From contig JBFWNS010000006.1 in NCBI GenBank assembly GCA_050250935.1, forward strand, positions 64,001-128,000: 64,000 nucleotides of DNA, given 5' to 3'. The notes under the pieces were generated by a model. The model had not been told where the DNA came from. It searched no databases and saw only the letters and a list, made by a program, of their open reading frames with translations. Each line of letters starts with the position of its first letter. Positions within the stretch are counted from its first letter, which is position 1. Shown one piece after another: positions 23,066 to 32,716 of this stretch. The translations under genes and the position numbers were made by a program. This DNA comes from Candidatus Margulisiibacteriota bacterium. GTDB taxonomy: Bacteria > Margulisbacteria > Marinamargulisbacteria > JBFWNS01.

Positions 23066-23470
23066 TTAGTCCGATACTTGGATGATCGTTTCTGCGGTGG
23101 ATTCCCCGTAGAAGGTGAGGCTGTAGCCAGACCCATTGCTGGTGTAGCTGCCGGTTCCAGCCGTATCGCTGTCGGTGAAGGCTTTGCCAGTATAGGGGTT
23201 AATGGGGGTCTTTTTGAGGTCTTGTGTCTGGATGAGGGCATCAGAAAGTCCCTTAATCGAGAGTCCGGTTCCTAGGGGATAATTTCCATTTTCCAAGTGG
23301 TAAGACTCCAAAGCCATTTGAAAAGTATGGGAAACACTTTTGAGGGTAGAGGCTTTGGCTTTTTTTTGTAGAAGCCCAAAATTGGGTAAAATTAGGGCGC
23401 TGATAAGGCCGATGATGGCAAGGGTGACAACCAATTCGATTAGCGTAAATCCGTTTGAAGTTGGGGACAT
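23066..23470 (-). CDS. Type IV pilin / GspG-like pseudopilin
   Basis: G|FTLIEL prepilin cleavage motif, hydrophobic helix, ALESY...GNYP, NPYTG. Confidence 0.88.
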   Translation of the reverse strand: MSPTSNGFTLIELVVTLAIIGLISALILPNFGLLQKKAKASTLKSVSHTFQMALESYHLENGNYPLGTGLSIKGLSDALIQTQDLKKTPINPYTGKAFTDSDTAGTGSYTSNGSGYSLTFYGESTAETIIQVSD

Positions 23471-23560
23471 AGAACTCTCCTAAAATGGGACTATTTTAAG
23501 AGAGGCACAGAATAAAACGCTCTCAAAACTACGTTAAAAAGATAATATTATTATAATAAT

Positions 23561-24574
23561 CTACAGAGACTTTATTGTAGAAAGCATGGGCATCATCGTC
23601 AAGAGCATAAATCCTAGAATTAGAAGCCCCATGATGCCCATCAAACAGGGTTGAAGTAAGCTTAACCGTCGGTTGAATTGCGCTTGTTTGGTGGCATTGA
23701 TGTCGGCTGCAAGATCTTGCAGGGACAGCCCTAGCGTTCCGCTGTGCTCGCTCATTTTTAGGAGTTCGGTTTGCAGGGCATTTAATTGAAAAACCTCGGT
23801 GAAAATTTGGGTAATATTGCCGGTCTTGGCCATGCCTAGTTCCAAGGCATGAACCAAAAAGGCCCCCGGACCATTGTGGGTCTTGGAAAGGGTAGAAACG
23901 CCTTGTTTTAGCGAAATCCCATTGTTTAGCATCATGGCCAAAATCCAAGCGATATCGCCAGTGTGAAAAGGAAATAAGATTCCATAAAGATGTGTTTTAA
24001 CCCGCTGTCTTTTAATAAACATTGCCACAAAGACCATGCCCAAAAAGGTCAAGACAACTGGGGTTGTGGTTGGGCTTGCTTGGATGGCGAAAAGAATCCC
24101 CAGGCCAGTTGGGATTTGCATGGATTGCGCTTCGTAAAACTGGGCGTAAATGGGAAGCAGAGTGGTATAGAAAAATAGGCTCATCAAGACCGTGCTCAGG
24201 CAAAGAAACAAGGGATAGGCCAGTTGCTTGGCAGTTTTTTGCAAGGTGGACAATTTGGTTTGGTAGTAGTCTTCGAGATTTCCCAAAAAGAGGGGGAGAT
24301 TGGGAAGAAAATGAAACCCTTCAAAATGATAGGGAAGGCTTTCTGGCAACAGGTGGCCAAGGGCTGCATAGAAACTTTTGCCAGCCTTAATGTCTTGAAT
24401 GAGATTTTTAAGGGCAGACCTTTGGGTTTTTTGTGGCGTTGTCGAAAGAATCAGTTGAAGGCTTTTATCCAGTGAAACCCCAGCTTTAAGGAGTCGCTGA
24501 AGTTGGGTGCAAAATAGGCAAAATTGGCGCAACTGATGGAGGTCATTAAATGGAGAGAAGGCTTTGTTTTTCAT
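23561..24574 (-). CDS. T2SS protein F / PilC-like platform protein (diverged)
   Basis: LQRLLKAGVSL, IKAGKSF, LAYPLF, EHSGTL, LLQP-TM; two T2SSF domains. Confidence 0.85.
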   Translation of the reverse strand: MKNKAFSPFNDLHQLRQFCLFCTQLQRLLKAGVSLDKSLQLILSTTPQKTQRSALKNLIQDIKAGKSFYAALGHLLPESLPYHFEGFHFLPNLPLFLGNLEDYYQTKLSTLQKTAKQLAYPLFLCLSTVLMSLFFYTTLLPIYAQFYEAQSMQIPTGLGILFAIQASPTTTPVVLTFLGMVFVAMFIKRQRVKTHLYGILFPFHTGDIAWILAMMLNNGISLKQGVSTLSKTHNGPGAFLVHALELGMAKTGNITQIFTEVFQLNALQTELLKMSEHSGTLGLSLQDLAADINATKQAQFNRRLSLLQPCLMGIMGLLILGFMLLTMMPMLSTIKSL

Positions 24575-24611
24575 AATATAGGCGTTATTAAATAATTTAT
24601 AATATGAAAAA
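24567..24611. repeat. 14-bp inverted repeat covering the pilC-like start codon
   Basis: TTTTTCATAATATA (24567-24580) and TATAATATGAAAAA (24598-24611), one mismatch, 17-nt spacer. Confidence 0.6.
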
Positions 24612-24633
24612 GGTGTCCGATCAAGGGTGGATT

Positions 24634-25392
24634 TTAGGGGAGATTAAAAAAGTGTTTGGCGTTCTGGGTGGTGGCTTTGGCGATGACGTCGATAGTCTGT
24701 CCTAGAATGTCGGCCAGTTTTACTGCGACTTCGGGAACAAAGGCGGGTTGATTTTCGGTGGGCTTGAAGGGTTTGGGGGTCAGATAAGGGCAGTCGGTTT
24801 CGATCATGATTCGGTTGAGAGGGATGCTGCGAATGGCGTCGAAATAGCTGTCTCGGTCCGAGGTAGTAATCAAGCCGGTGAACGAATAAAACGTCGTGCC
24901 ATCGCCGATGGTTTGGTCGATGAAGGTTTGATCCGCAGAAAAACAATGGACCACTTTTCGGACCTGGGGATAGGCTTTCAGCACTTGAATCATTTGAAGG
25001 TCGCTGTGCCGGTTGTGGATGATGGCGGATAGGTTCTTTTCGGCAGCCAAGTCCAACTGCGCTCTAAAAAGACGAATTTGGTCTTCTTCTGGGCCGTTGT
25101 CTCGGTAAAAATCCAAGCCAATTTCGCCGATGGCGTGGAAGGTGTGGGTTTCGACCACCGTTTTTAGCGCCGAAAGATCGGGGTTTTTAGGGGTTTCGCA
25201 GGGGTGAATACCGGCTGTTGGGAACAGGAATTGGGGGTATTCTTGGGCCATTTGCCAGGCTTGAAGCGAGGTTTCAACATTAAGCCCCACATTTAAAATG
25301 CCCGACACCTCGGCCGTTTTGGCCTTTTGAACCAGTTCGGCAAGCGGGGGTTTGCACAAATAGAGATGGGCGTGGGTGTCGATGTAACTCAT
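24634..25392 (-). CDS. tatD: TatD-family metal-dependent nuclease
   Basis: YIDTHAHL, GIHP, IGEIGLDF, IHNR, HCFS, ETDCPYL; ATG 25392 overlaps the rsmI stop. Confidence 0.93.
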   Translation of the reverse strand: MSYIDTHAHLYLCKPPLAELVQKAKTAEVSGILNVGLNVETSLQAWQMAQEYPQFLFPTAGIHPCETPKNPDLSALKTVVETHTFHAIGEIGLDFYRDNGPEEDQIRLFRAQLDLAAEKNLSAIIHNRHSDLQMIQVLKAYPQVRKVVHCFSADQTFIDQTIGDGTTFYSFTGLITTSDRDSYFDAIRSIPLNRIMIETDCPYLTPKPFKPTENQPAFVPEVAVKLADILGQTIDVIAKATTQNAKHFFNLP

Positions 25393-26207
25393 TTTAAGGT
25401 CAGCTTGTAGAGTGAATTTTTGGGTAAGTTTAAGAGATGTTGCCCAACATACACAAGTTGTTTCTGGCTGAGTCCCAAGGTTTTGAGGGCTTGAAGGTGG
25501 GCATGGGCTTCGGCAACATCGGGAACCCGAGGGGCAAAGGAGAGCATGCCGATCCATTCCCCTTTGGCTGGGGGTAGGGATAGGGCGGCGATATTTTGGG
25601 TTTGTAGCACCGTTTCGAAGTGTTTGGTTAGTTCCTTGCCCAGACTAAGCCGAGCGTCTTTAAAATGGGTCTGAAGCAGCTCTAGGGTTTTGGTAATGCG
25701 ATGGGGAGATTCAAAAAAGACCACGGGATAGCCCAGGGGCTCTGCCGACTTAAAGGCTGCTAGCAAGTCGTTGGGTTTTTTGGGTAAAAAGCCCAAAAAA
25801 ATAAACTGATTGGCCAGTTGGCCAGCGACAGAGATAAACGTGCTAACGCTAGAGGGGCCTGGAATGGGGACAATGGGGATGCCTTTTTCTCGTAAAAAGG
25901 CCACGGTTTCTGCCCCGGGGTCGGCAATGTTGGGGGTGCCCCCATCGCTGACCAGGGCAATGGATTGGCCGGCCAGCAATTTTTCGGCCAAGCTGTGTTT
26001 GCGTTGGGTTTCGTTGAACTTTTGAAGGCTTAACAAGGGGGTTTTGATGCCAAAGTGAGCCAGTAATTTTTGGGTTACGCGGGTGTCTTCGGCAGCGATC
26101 AAGTGGACGGTTTTTAGGGTGGAAATCAGGCGAAAGGTACAATCGTCTAGGTTGCCAATGGGGGTGGCACACACATAGAAGGTGCCTAGGCTGGGGAGGT
26201 TGCTAAT
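25389..26207 (-). CDS. rsmI: 16S rRNA C1402 2'-O-methyltransferase
   Basis: FYVCATPIGNL, AAEDTR, VSDGGTPNIADPG, FESPHR, KELTK. Start inferred at ATT 26207; first canonical start is GTG 26174. Confidence 0.92.
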   Translation of the reverse strand: MSNLPSLGTFYVCATPIGNLDDCTFRLISTLKTVHLIAAEDTRVTQKLLAHFGIKTPLLSLQKFNETQRKHSLAEKLLAGQSIALVSDGGTPNIADPGAETVAFLREKGIPIVPIPGPSSVSTFISVAGQLANQFIFLGFLPKKPNDLLAAFKSAEPLGYPVVFFESPHRITKTLELLQTHFKDARLSLGKELTKHFETVLQTQNIAALSLPPAKGEWIGMLSFAPRVPDVAEAHAHLQALKTLGLSQKQLVYVGQHLLNLPKNSLYKLTLK

Positions 26208-26602
26208 GTCACTGTTCCTTCGTAGGGGTTTTTGACACTGATAAAATCGGTGTCCACCTGGCCTCTGTAGATGCCCCCCGCTTCGATGACCAATTGACTG
26301 CCTTTGATGTTGCCATAAACACGCCCTGTTTTGGTGATTTCCAAACTGGCCGTGGATTCGATATTCCCAATCACCTCGCCGGCAATGACGATGCGTTTGG
26401 CCAATAGGTTGGCTTTGATTCGCCCTTGTTCGCCCACAATAATTTCAGAATCGCTACGGGCTGTTCCTTCAAACTCGCCTTCAATTCGAATGGATTTGGT
26501 GGAAAACAAATCGCCTTTAATGGTGGCATGTGGACCAATAAGGGTACCAATAACATCGTCGGTTTCAAAGTGTTTTTTGAGGTTAAATTTCAGGGCAGAC
26601 AT
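26186..26602 (-). CDS. Bactofilin (polymer-forming cytoskeletal protein)
   Basis: TLIG-xx-ATIKGDL, IRIEG-x-FEG, GEVIGNI, LVIEAGG beta-helix repeats. Confidence 0.92.
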   Translation of the reverse strand: MSALKFNLKKHFETDDVIGTLIGPHATIKGDLFSTKSIRIEGEFEGTARSDSEIIVGEQGRIKANLLAKRIVIAGEVIGNIESTASLEITKTGRVYGNIKGSQLVIEAGGIYRGQVDTDFISVKNPYEGTVTLATSPA

Positions 26603-26612
26603 GGGGCTTACG

Positions 26613-27518
26613 CTACCATATCCGATTGTTGGCTGTAAATAGATTTAGGTTCAAAAATGGCTTTGGCGAAATACTTTGTTGCCATTTTCGGACTTCGTAG
26701 TGCAAGTGAGGACCGCTGGTCAAACCTGTGGTTCCTACTTTGGCAATTACTTGGCCTTTTTTGACGGTTTGGCCAGAGCGAACCATGCTTTTGGACAAAT
26801 GGCCGTAGACGGTGTTGTAGCCATACCCGTGGTTCACAACCACCATTAACCCATAGGCCCCGGACCAGCCCGAATAAATGACTTTGCCATTGGCTGTCAC
26901 TTTGACAGGAGCGCCAGTCCAAGCGGGGATGTCGATGCCTTTGTGGAATTTTACCCCGCCTTCAAGGGGGTGTCTTCGCCATCCAAAGTCCGATCCAATT
27001 CGACCATAAATGGGCCAAATAGAGGGGGTGAAATCGAAGCGTTTTTTAATTTCTACGACTTTGGTTTTTTGCTCTTCAAGGGCCGTTTCTACGTGGTGGG
27101 TTTGGGTCAGAAGGTCGGCCACCCGGCTAAACAAAGAGGGGGTCGAAGAGGGGGCGCTGGATTGTTTGGGGTTTGTGGTTGGTGTTTTCTCTGGATACCC
27201 CAAAAGGGTTCTGATACGTTCTTCGGTTTTCGAAAGGGTATCCACCTTTTTTTCGAGGGTGTTGACCGAATTTTCCATGTTATGGAGTTCTTTTTGTTGG
27301 ACGTGAGTGGTGTGTTTAAGCTGTTCGTAATGGGCTAGTTTTGCGGTGTTTCGGCCTGTGATATAAAACGCCATCACCATGACGCAGAGTAAACAGGTAA
27401 GCCCGGCACCCATGAGTCTTAGAAACTGATAGGAAATTTTAAACGAGATCGGGGTTTTTCCGTCCGAACCCACAATCATGAAGGTCAGGAAACCCGGTTT
27501 TCTAAAACGATCCAACAT
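26613..27518 (-). CDS. M23 metallo-endopeptidase with TM and coiled coil (LmdC/Csd1-like)
   Basis: N-terminal TM, coiled coil, PSIWP, HKGID (HxxxD), GPHLHYEV; ATG 27518. Confidence 0.92.
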   Translation of the reverse strand: MLDRFRKPGFLTFMIVGSDGKTPISFKISYQFLRLMGAGLTCLLCVMVMAFYITGRNTAKLAHYEQLKHTTHVQQKELHNMENSVNTLEKKVDTLSKTEERIRTLLGYPEKTPTTNPKQSSAPSSTPSLFSRVADLLTQTHHVETALEEQKTKVVEIKKRFDFTPSIWPIYGRIGSDFGWRRHPLEGGVKFHKGIDIPAWTGAPVKVTANGKVIYSGWSGAYGLMVVVNHGYGYNTVYGHLSKSMVRSGQTVKKGQVIAKVGTTGLTSGPHLHYEVRKWQQSISPKPFLNLNLFTANNRIW

Positions 27519-27541
27519 CACAAACGGTCCTTTAGGGTAGA

Positions 27542-27621
<80 letters not shown>

Positions 27622-29442
27622 TTAAGCGAGAAGGGTTTTGAATTCTTCAGCTTCGATAACTTCTTTATCCATCAGTATGGCTGAAATCTCGGCCAACTTA
27701 TCTTTATTATCTGTAAGGATTTTAGTCGCTTCCCCATAGGCTGTGTCAATGAGTTTCTTTATTTCGAGGTCAATTTCCCTTGCAGTTTCTTCGGAATAGT
27801 CCTTGGTATGGTCCGATGTATAGTCCCTTCCCAAGAAAACATGCTCTTGGGTTTTGCCATATTTTCGGGCTCCCAGTGTTGGACTCATCCCAAATTTGCA
27901 GACATAGTTCCGGGCCATTTCGGTGGCTCTTTCGATATCGTTGGAAGCGCCAGAGGTGATTTCTCCGAAGGTGAGCTCTTCGGCAATCCGTCCGCCCATG
28001 AGCACTTTGAGCTTGTCCAGGATTTCGGTGCGGCTTAGCAAATGCCGGTCTTCGATGGGCAGTTGAAGGGTGTAACCCAGGGCCATCCCACGGGGCAAAA
28101 TGCTGATTTTATGAACCGGATCGGCATTGAGGCAATGTTTGGCAACCAAGGCATGTCCCACTTCGTGGTAGGCCACAATTTCTTTTTCTTTGGCCGATAG
28201 CAGTCTGGATTTACGTTCTGGACCGGCCATCACACGGTCGGTTGCTTCTTCCAATTCGGTCATGCTGATGGTTTTTTTGTTGTGTCTTGCAGCTAAAAGG
28301 GCTGCTTCGTTAACCAAATTGGCCAAATCGGCGCCAGTAAATCCAGGCGTTCTTCGGGCAATGACTTCCAAATCCACGTTATCCCCCATTTTTTTGCCTT
28401 TGGCATGGATTTTTAGGATGTCTTCACGCCCTTTGATGTCGGGTTTGTCGACAACCACTTGGCGGTCAAAGCGGCCGGGTCGCAACAGGGCAGGGTCCAA
28501 AATATCGGGACGGTTGGTTGCAGCTATCACAATAACGGTTTGTTTGGGGTCGAATCCGTCCATTTCGACCAACAGTTGGTTAAGGGTTTGTTCGCGTTCG
28601 TCGTGGCCCCCACCCATGCCTGCACCCCGTTGCCGGCCCACGGCATCGATTTCGTCTAGGAAAATAATGCAGGGCTGACTTTTTTTGGCTTGGTTAAACA
28701 GATCCCGAACCCGAGAGGCGCCCACACCCACAAACATTTCCACAAAATCTGAACCTGAGAGGCTGAAAAAAGGGACATCGGCTTCGCCTGCAATGGCTTT
28801 GGCCAACAGGGTTTTTCCGGTTCCAGGAGGGCCCATCAACAACACGCCTTTGGGAATTTTGGCGCCGATTTCCAAATATTTTTGGGGAAGTTTGAGAAAG
28901 TCCACAATTTCGTTCACTTCCTGAACGGCTTCGTCGACCCCGGCTACATCTTTAAAGGTGATGGCTTGTTTGTCTTTTTTATCCCACATGGTGGCTTTGG
29001 ATTTACCAAAAGACATGGCCTGGTTGTTGGCCCCTTGTGCTTGTCTGAAAATGAAGAACCAAAGCCCGCCAATAAAAATGAAAGGCAAAAAGGTTTGAAT
29101 AAAGACGCCCATCCAACCCGAATCGGTAGGGGCAACATTGATTTTGACGTTTTTGGCGCGGAGTTCTTTGACAAAGTCGGGGTAATCTAAGAAAAACGTT
29201 TTGACGATTTTGCCGTCTTTGGTTTTTCCCGAAATCACTTTTTCACCAGAATTAACCGTAACTTCTTGAATTCGCCCTTCGCCCACTTGTTTCATGAATT
29301 GGGTAAAATCGAGTTGGGACACGGCTTTGTTGCTGTTGAAATAGGTTGCCCCCAGCAGAATTACAATCGCGGCGATCAGAAAGTACCACACCAGGGATCC
29401 CCAGGGGTTTTTTACAGGACGTTGTTTTCGTTGTTTAGGCAT
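27622..29442 (-). CDS. ftsH: ATP-dependent zinc metalloprotease FtsH
   Basis: Two TM helices, [28 protein letters not shown]. Confidence 0.98.
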   Translation of the reverse strand: MPKQRKQRPVKNPWGSLVWYFLIAAIVILLGATYFNSNKAVSQLDFTQFMKQVGEGRIQEVTVNSGEKVISGKTKDGKIVKTFFLDYPDFVKELRAKNVKINVAPTDSGWMGVFIQTFLPFIFIGGLWFFIFRQAQGANNQAMSFGKSKATMWDKKDKQAITFKDVAGVDEAVQEVNEIVDFLKLPQKYLEIGAKIPKGVLLMGPPGTGKTLLAKAIAGEADVPFFSLSGSDFVEMFVGVGASRVRDLFNQAKKSQPCIIFLDEIDAVGRQRGAGMGGGHDEREQTLNQLLVEMDGFDPKQTVIVIAATNRPDILDPALLRPGRFDRQVVVDKPDIKGREDILKIHAKGKKMGDNVDLEVIARRTPGFTGADLANLVNEAALLAARHNKKTISMTELEEATDRVMAGPERKSRLLSAKEKEIVAYHEVGHALVAKHCLNADPVHKISILPRGMALGYTLQLPIEDRHLLSRTEILDKLKVLMGGRIAEELTFGEITSGASNDIERATEMARNYVCKFGMSPTLGARKYGKTQEHVFLGRDYTSDHTKDYSEETAREIDLEIKKLIDTAYGEATKILTDNKDKLAEISAILMDKEVIEAEEFKTLLA

Positions 29443-29471
29443 AAGGGTCCATTCTACTTAAAAGAAATTTT

Positions 29472-30065
29472 TTATAAAACCCCTTTTGTGGAGGGGACAT
29501 TTTTTTCGCGAGGGTTGTGGGATACGGCTTGGCGCAAAGTTCTGGCCAATCCCTTAAAACACCCTTCGATGATGTGGTGGGCATTTTCGCCTTCAAGAAC
29601 CGTCATGTGGAGGGTGATTTTGGCGTTGTTGACAAAGGCAATTAAGAATTCTTTGGCCAGCTCTGTTCCAAAATCCCCGAGCTGGGTATTCGGCAATTGG
29701 GGAGCCTTGAAGCTTAAATGAGGGCGATTGGAAATATCCACGGCCACTTGGCAGAGGGTTTCGTCCATGGGCAGCAAAATCGAGGCGTATCGTTCGATGC
29801 CAACGCCAGTGCCCAAGGCTTCCTTAAAGGCTTGGCCCAAGCAAATGCCGGCATCTTCGACGGTGTGGTGGGCATCGACATGCAGGTCGCCTTGTACGGC
29901 TAAATTCAAATCAAACAACCCATGGCGGGCAAACAGGGTTAGCATGTGGTCAAAAAACCCGATGCCGGTGTTTACCGTGCTGTGGCCTTCCCCATCCAGA
30001 TTTAAAGAAAGTTGGACTTGGGTTTCTGATGTTTTTCGTTCAATGCTGGCCTTACGTGGGTTCAT
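29472..30065 (-). CDS. hisB: Imidazoleglycerol-phosphate dehydratase (monofunctional)
   Basis: [33 protein letters not shown]. Confidence 0.97.
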   Translation of the reverse strand: MNPRKASIERKTSETQVQLSLNLDGEGHSTVNTGIGFFDHMLTLFARHGLFDLNLAVQGDLHVDAHHTVEDAGICLGQAFKEALGTGVGIERYASILLPMDETLCQVAVDISNRPHLSFKAPQLPNTQLGDFGTELAKEFLIAFVNNAKITLHMTVLEGENAHHIIEGCFKGLARTLRQAVSHNPREKNVPSTKGVL

Positions 30066-30086
30066 GGTGGGCTCCTTTTATTAAGT

Positions 30087-31121
30087 TTAAAACAAGGTAG
30101 GTTGGGCAGAGGTCGTGTCTTTGGGCAAGGCATAGCCCAAATGCTCGTAGGCAGCGGGTCTTGCCATCCGGCCGCGATTGGTTCTTTCGATGAACCCCAA
30201 TTGTAGCAAATAAGGTTCGTAAACGTCTTCAATGGTATCGGATTCTTCGGCAATGCTGGCGGCGATGGTGTCCACGCCCACGGGGCCGCCGTTGTATTTG
30301 GTGATGATGGTGGACAGGTATTTTCTGTCGATTTCATCCAAACCAAAGTGGTCGATGCCCATGCCGGTTAGGGCGTCGTGGATCAAGCCAAAATGGATGG
30401 TGCCATTGGTTTTAATTTGGGCCCAGTCCCTAACCCGTTTGAGAAGCCGGTTGGCAATACGTGGGGTTCCCCTGGACCGTTTTGCAATTTCGGCAGCGGC
30501 TTCATCATCCAAAGGACAATTTAAAATGTCGGCGGCTCGGGAAATAATCACTTTTAAATCTGAAATGTCATAAAATTCCAGACGCTCGATAATGCCAAAT
30601 CGGTCTCGCAAGGGGGCGCTTAAAAGCCCAGCTCGGGTGGTGGCGCCAATCAGGGTGAAGGGGGGCAGATCAATGCGAATGGACCTTGCAGAAGGGCCTT
30701 TGCCAATGACGATGTCCAATTCGTAGTCTTCCAAGGCAGGGTAAAGCACTTCCTCGACGGTTCGGTTTAACCGGTGAATCTCGTCAATGAACAAAATATC
30801 GCCTTTTTCCAAATTGGTCAGAATGGCTGCAAGATCTCCGGGGCGTTCGATGGCGGGGCCGGAGGTGGTTTTGATGTTCACATTCATTTCGTGGGAAACA
30901 ATGTTGGCCAAGGTGGTTTTACCCAAGCCCGGTGGGCCATAGAGCAAGACGTGTTCCAGACTTTCATCCCGCTGTTTGGCGGCATCGATAAAAATGCTGA
31001 GGTTTTGCTTGATTTTGGGTTGACCGATGAACTGGTGAAGGCGTTGAGGACGCAAGGTGAGTTCTTTGGTATCGTCACTGGTTTTGTCTGGATCCACCAG
31101 ACGTTCGTCGTCGAGGCTCAT
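30087..31121 (-). CDS. ruvB: Holliday junction branch migration helicase
   Basis: [44 protein letters not shown]. Confidence 0.98.
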   Translation of the reverse strand: MSLDDERLVDPDKTSDDTKELTLRPQRLHQFIGQPKIKQNLSIFIDAAKQRDESLEHVLLYGPPGLGKTTLANIVSHEMNVNIKTTSGPAIERPGDLAAILTNLEKGDILFIDEIHRLNRTVEEVLYPALEDYELDIVIGKGPSARSIRIDLPPFTLIGATTRAGLLSAPLRDRFGIIERLEFYDISDLKVIISRAADILNCPLDDEAAAEIAKRSRGTPRIANRLLKRVRDWAQIKTNGTIHFGLIHDALTGMGIDHFGLDEIDRKYLSTIITKYNGGPVGVDTIAASIAEESDTIEDVYEPYLLQLGFIERTNRGRMARPAAYEHLGYALPKDTTSAQPTLF

Positions 31122-31127
31122 GGTTAG

Positions 31128-31168
31128 AGTGTATAAGTGTTGGCAGAATTTGTCAGGGGGTGTACAAT
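31128..31168. promoter_or_regulatory. Overlapping divergent promoters for ruvB and rpsF
   Basis: Minus: CTGACA(31156-31151)-17-TACACT(31133-31128)-6-ATG. Plus: TTGGCA(31140-31145)-17-TACAAT(31163-31168). Confidence 0.6.
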
Positions 31169-31171
31169 TGC

Positions 31172-31241
31172 GCTCCTCACCTGTAGACCGTCGTCTTTGA
31201 TGGCCGGTCTTACGACGGAATTAATCAAGGAGTTCTCTTTC
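31172..31241 (+). promoter_or_regulatory. Structured rpsF 5' leader (candidate S6:S18 autoregulatory element)
   Basis: CTCCT(31173-77) is complementary to the SD AGGAG(31228-32); hairpin at 31183-31213. Confidence 0.5.
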
Positions 31242-31598
31242 ATGAAAGAATACGAAATTCTCTTTATTGTTAAGCCTCATTTGGGCGATGACCAATATCA
31301 AGATCTATCTGATAAATTTGTGTCTTGGGTTAAAGACAACGGTGGCGACATCATCTTTATCAAACCCATGGGGCTTCGCGAATTGGGGCCTACTTTTGGC
31401 CGTCATTTGCAAGGCTACTACATTCAAAGTCATTTCAAAGCTACGCCTAAAACCCTTACTGAAATCAAAAATCGTTTTGCGGTTACCGAAACCGTTATCC
31501 GACATTTGATTGTGACTTTGGATTCGATTCAATCCAGCAAACCCCGAGTTGAAAAACCCAAACGCGAAAAAGCAGAAGCCCAGCCTCAAGAGGCCTAG
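31242..31598 (+). CDS. rpsF: 30S ribosomal protein S6
   Basis: MKEYEILFIVKP, GLREL, GYY, VIRHLIV; SD AAGGAG. Confidence 0.93.
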   Translation: MKEYEILFIVKPHLGDDQYQDLSDKFVSWVKDNGGDIIFIKPMGLRELGPTFGRHLQGYYIQSHFKATPKTLTEIKNRFAVTETVIRHLIVTLDSIQSSKPRVEKPKREKAEAQPQEA

Positions 31599-31607
31599 TT
31601 TGATCGC

Positions 31608-32069
31608 ATGTCTAGCTTAAACCGCATCATCCTTATCGGCACTGTTTCTTCGGATCCCGATCCCCGTGCAACCGCGGGTGGGGATTCTTTTTTGCGGTTT
31701 AATTTGTCTGTGGATCGCCCCATGCGTGCCGATGGTTTGGCCGGGCAGCCAGACGACATGCCGGTTGTGGCTTGGCGGCAAACAGCCGATCAGGCCAAAG
31801 GCATTCAAAAAGGCCAGTTGGTGTTGGTGGACGGTAAAATTATTACCCGAACCTTGGATGATGCCCAAGGCAAACGGAAATGGATTACCGAAATCGAAGC
31901 CAAAGATATTCGGTCTTTTGCCGGTGGTGTGGTTGCTGATGCCCCCGCTTATGTGCCGGCTCAGCCCGAAGCGTTTTCTGCGCCTTTCCCAAGCGATTCT
32001 TTAGAGAAAAAACAAGTGAGCATGGTGGAAGAATCAGACTTTGATTTTGGAGAGGAAATTCCTTTTTAA
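31608..32069 (+). CDS. ssb: Single-stranded DNA-binding protein, diverged core with acidic tail
   Basis: LNRIILIG, KGQLVLVDG OB fold; C-terminus DFGEEIPF. Confidence 0.85.
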   Translation: MSSLNRIILIGTVSSDPDPRATAGGDSFLRFNLSVDRPMRADGLAGQPDDMPVVAWRQTADQAKGIQKGQLVLVDGKIITRTLDDAQGKRKWITEIEAKDIRSFAGGVVADAPAYVPAQPEAFSAPFPSDSLEKKQVSMVEESDFDFGEEIPF

Positions 32070-32071
32070 CC

Positions 32072-32431
32072 ATGTACAATAAAGTTTTTTTGATTGGGCG
32101 TTTGGTCAGAGATCCCGAAGTAAGAACCACTGTTTCTGGTATTGCGGTTGCCCGTTTTACCATTGCTGTGGACAGGTCGAAGCGTCGGGATACCAACGAA
32201 AAAATAACCGATTTTTTACGGATTGTGACTTGGCGACGCCAAGCTGAAATTGCTGGCCAGTATCTTCGAAAAGGGAAACTGGTTGCCATCGAAGGACGCT
32301 TGCAGCTAGAATCGTACGAAAAAGACGGGGAAAAACAAAGTATGGCCGAAATTGTGGCCGATACGTTTCAGATGTTAGACAGCAAAGCGAGCACCGAGGC
32401 GGATTCGTCCGTTTCGATGCCCGAATTTTAG
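32072..32431 (+). CDS. ssb: Single-stranded DNA-binding protein, canonical core with short tail
   Basis: NKVFLIGRLVRDPE, FTIAVDR, TDFLRIVTW, LRKGKLVAIEGRL. Confidence 0.92.
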   Translation: MYNKVFLIGRLVRDPEVRTTVSGIAVARFTIAVDRSKRRDTNEKITDFLRIVTWRRQAEIAGQYLRKGKLVAIEGRLQLESYEKDGEKQSMAEIVADTFQMLDSKASTEADSSVSMPEF

Positions 32432-32461
32432 CCCTAGTTTAGAGAGAGAAGGAGAGTTATT

Positions 32462-32701
32462 GTGGAACAAAAATCACATTTAAAACGCCGCGTTAAACGC
32501 CGCAAGCCCTGTTTGTTTTGTGTGGATAAGGTGGATGTTGTGGATTACAAAGACACCCCACGGTATCGCCGGTTTGTTACCGATCGGGGCAAAATTTTTC
32601 CCCGTCGTAATTCTGGCATGTGTGCCAAGCATCAACGTGCTTTGGCCGAAGCCATCAAACGTGCACGCTACATTGGCTTGTTGCCATTTTGCATAGACTA
32701 A
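32462..32701 (+). CDS. rpsR: 30S ribosomal protein S18 (zinc-binding form)
   Basis: [33 protein letters not shown]. Confidence 0.96.
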   Translation: MEQKSHLKRRVKRRKPCLFCVDKVDVVDYKDTPRYRRFVTDRGKIFPRRNSGMCAKHQRALAEAIKRARYIGLLPFCID

Positions 32702-32716
32702 TTTAGAGGATAAACC

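Noticed and set aside
24566..24593. Possible dif/Xer site (GTTTTTCATAA-TATAGG-CGTTATTAAAT)
   Set aside because: One arm lacks the inner TTAT needed for the dyad in either orientation, and the site overlaps a start codon.
25393..25557. Long N-terminal extension or frameshift fusion of tatD with rsmI
   Set aside because: Explained by an ordinary ATGA overlap; TatD motifs start right after ATG 25392.
31137..31241. 35-aa N-terminal extension of S6
   Set aside because: The region holds the promoter and leader; SD and family N-terminus point to ATG 31242.
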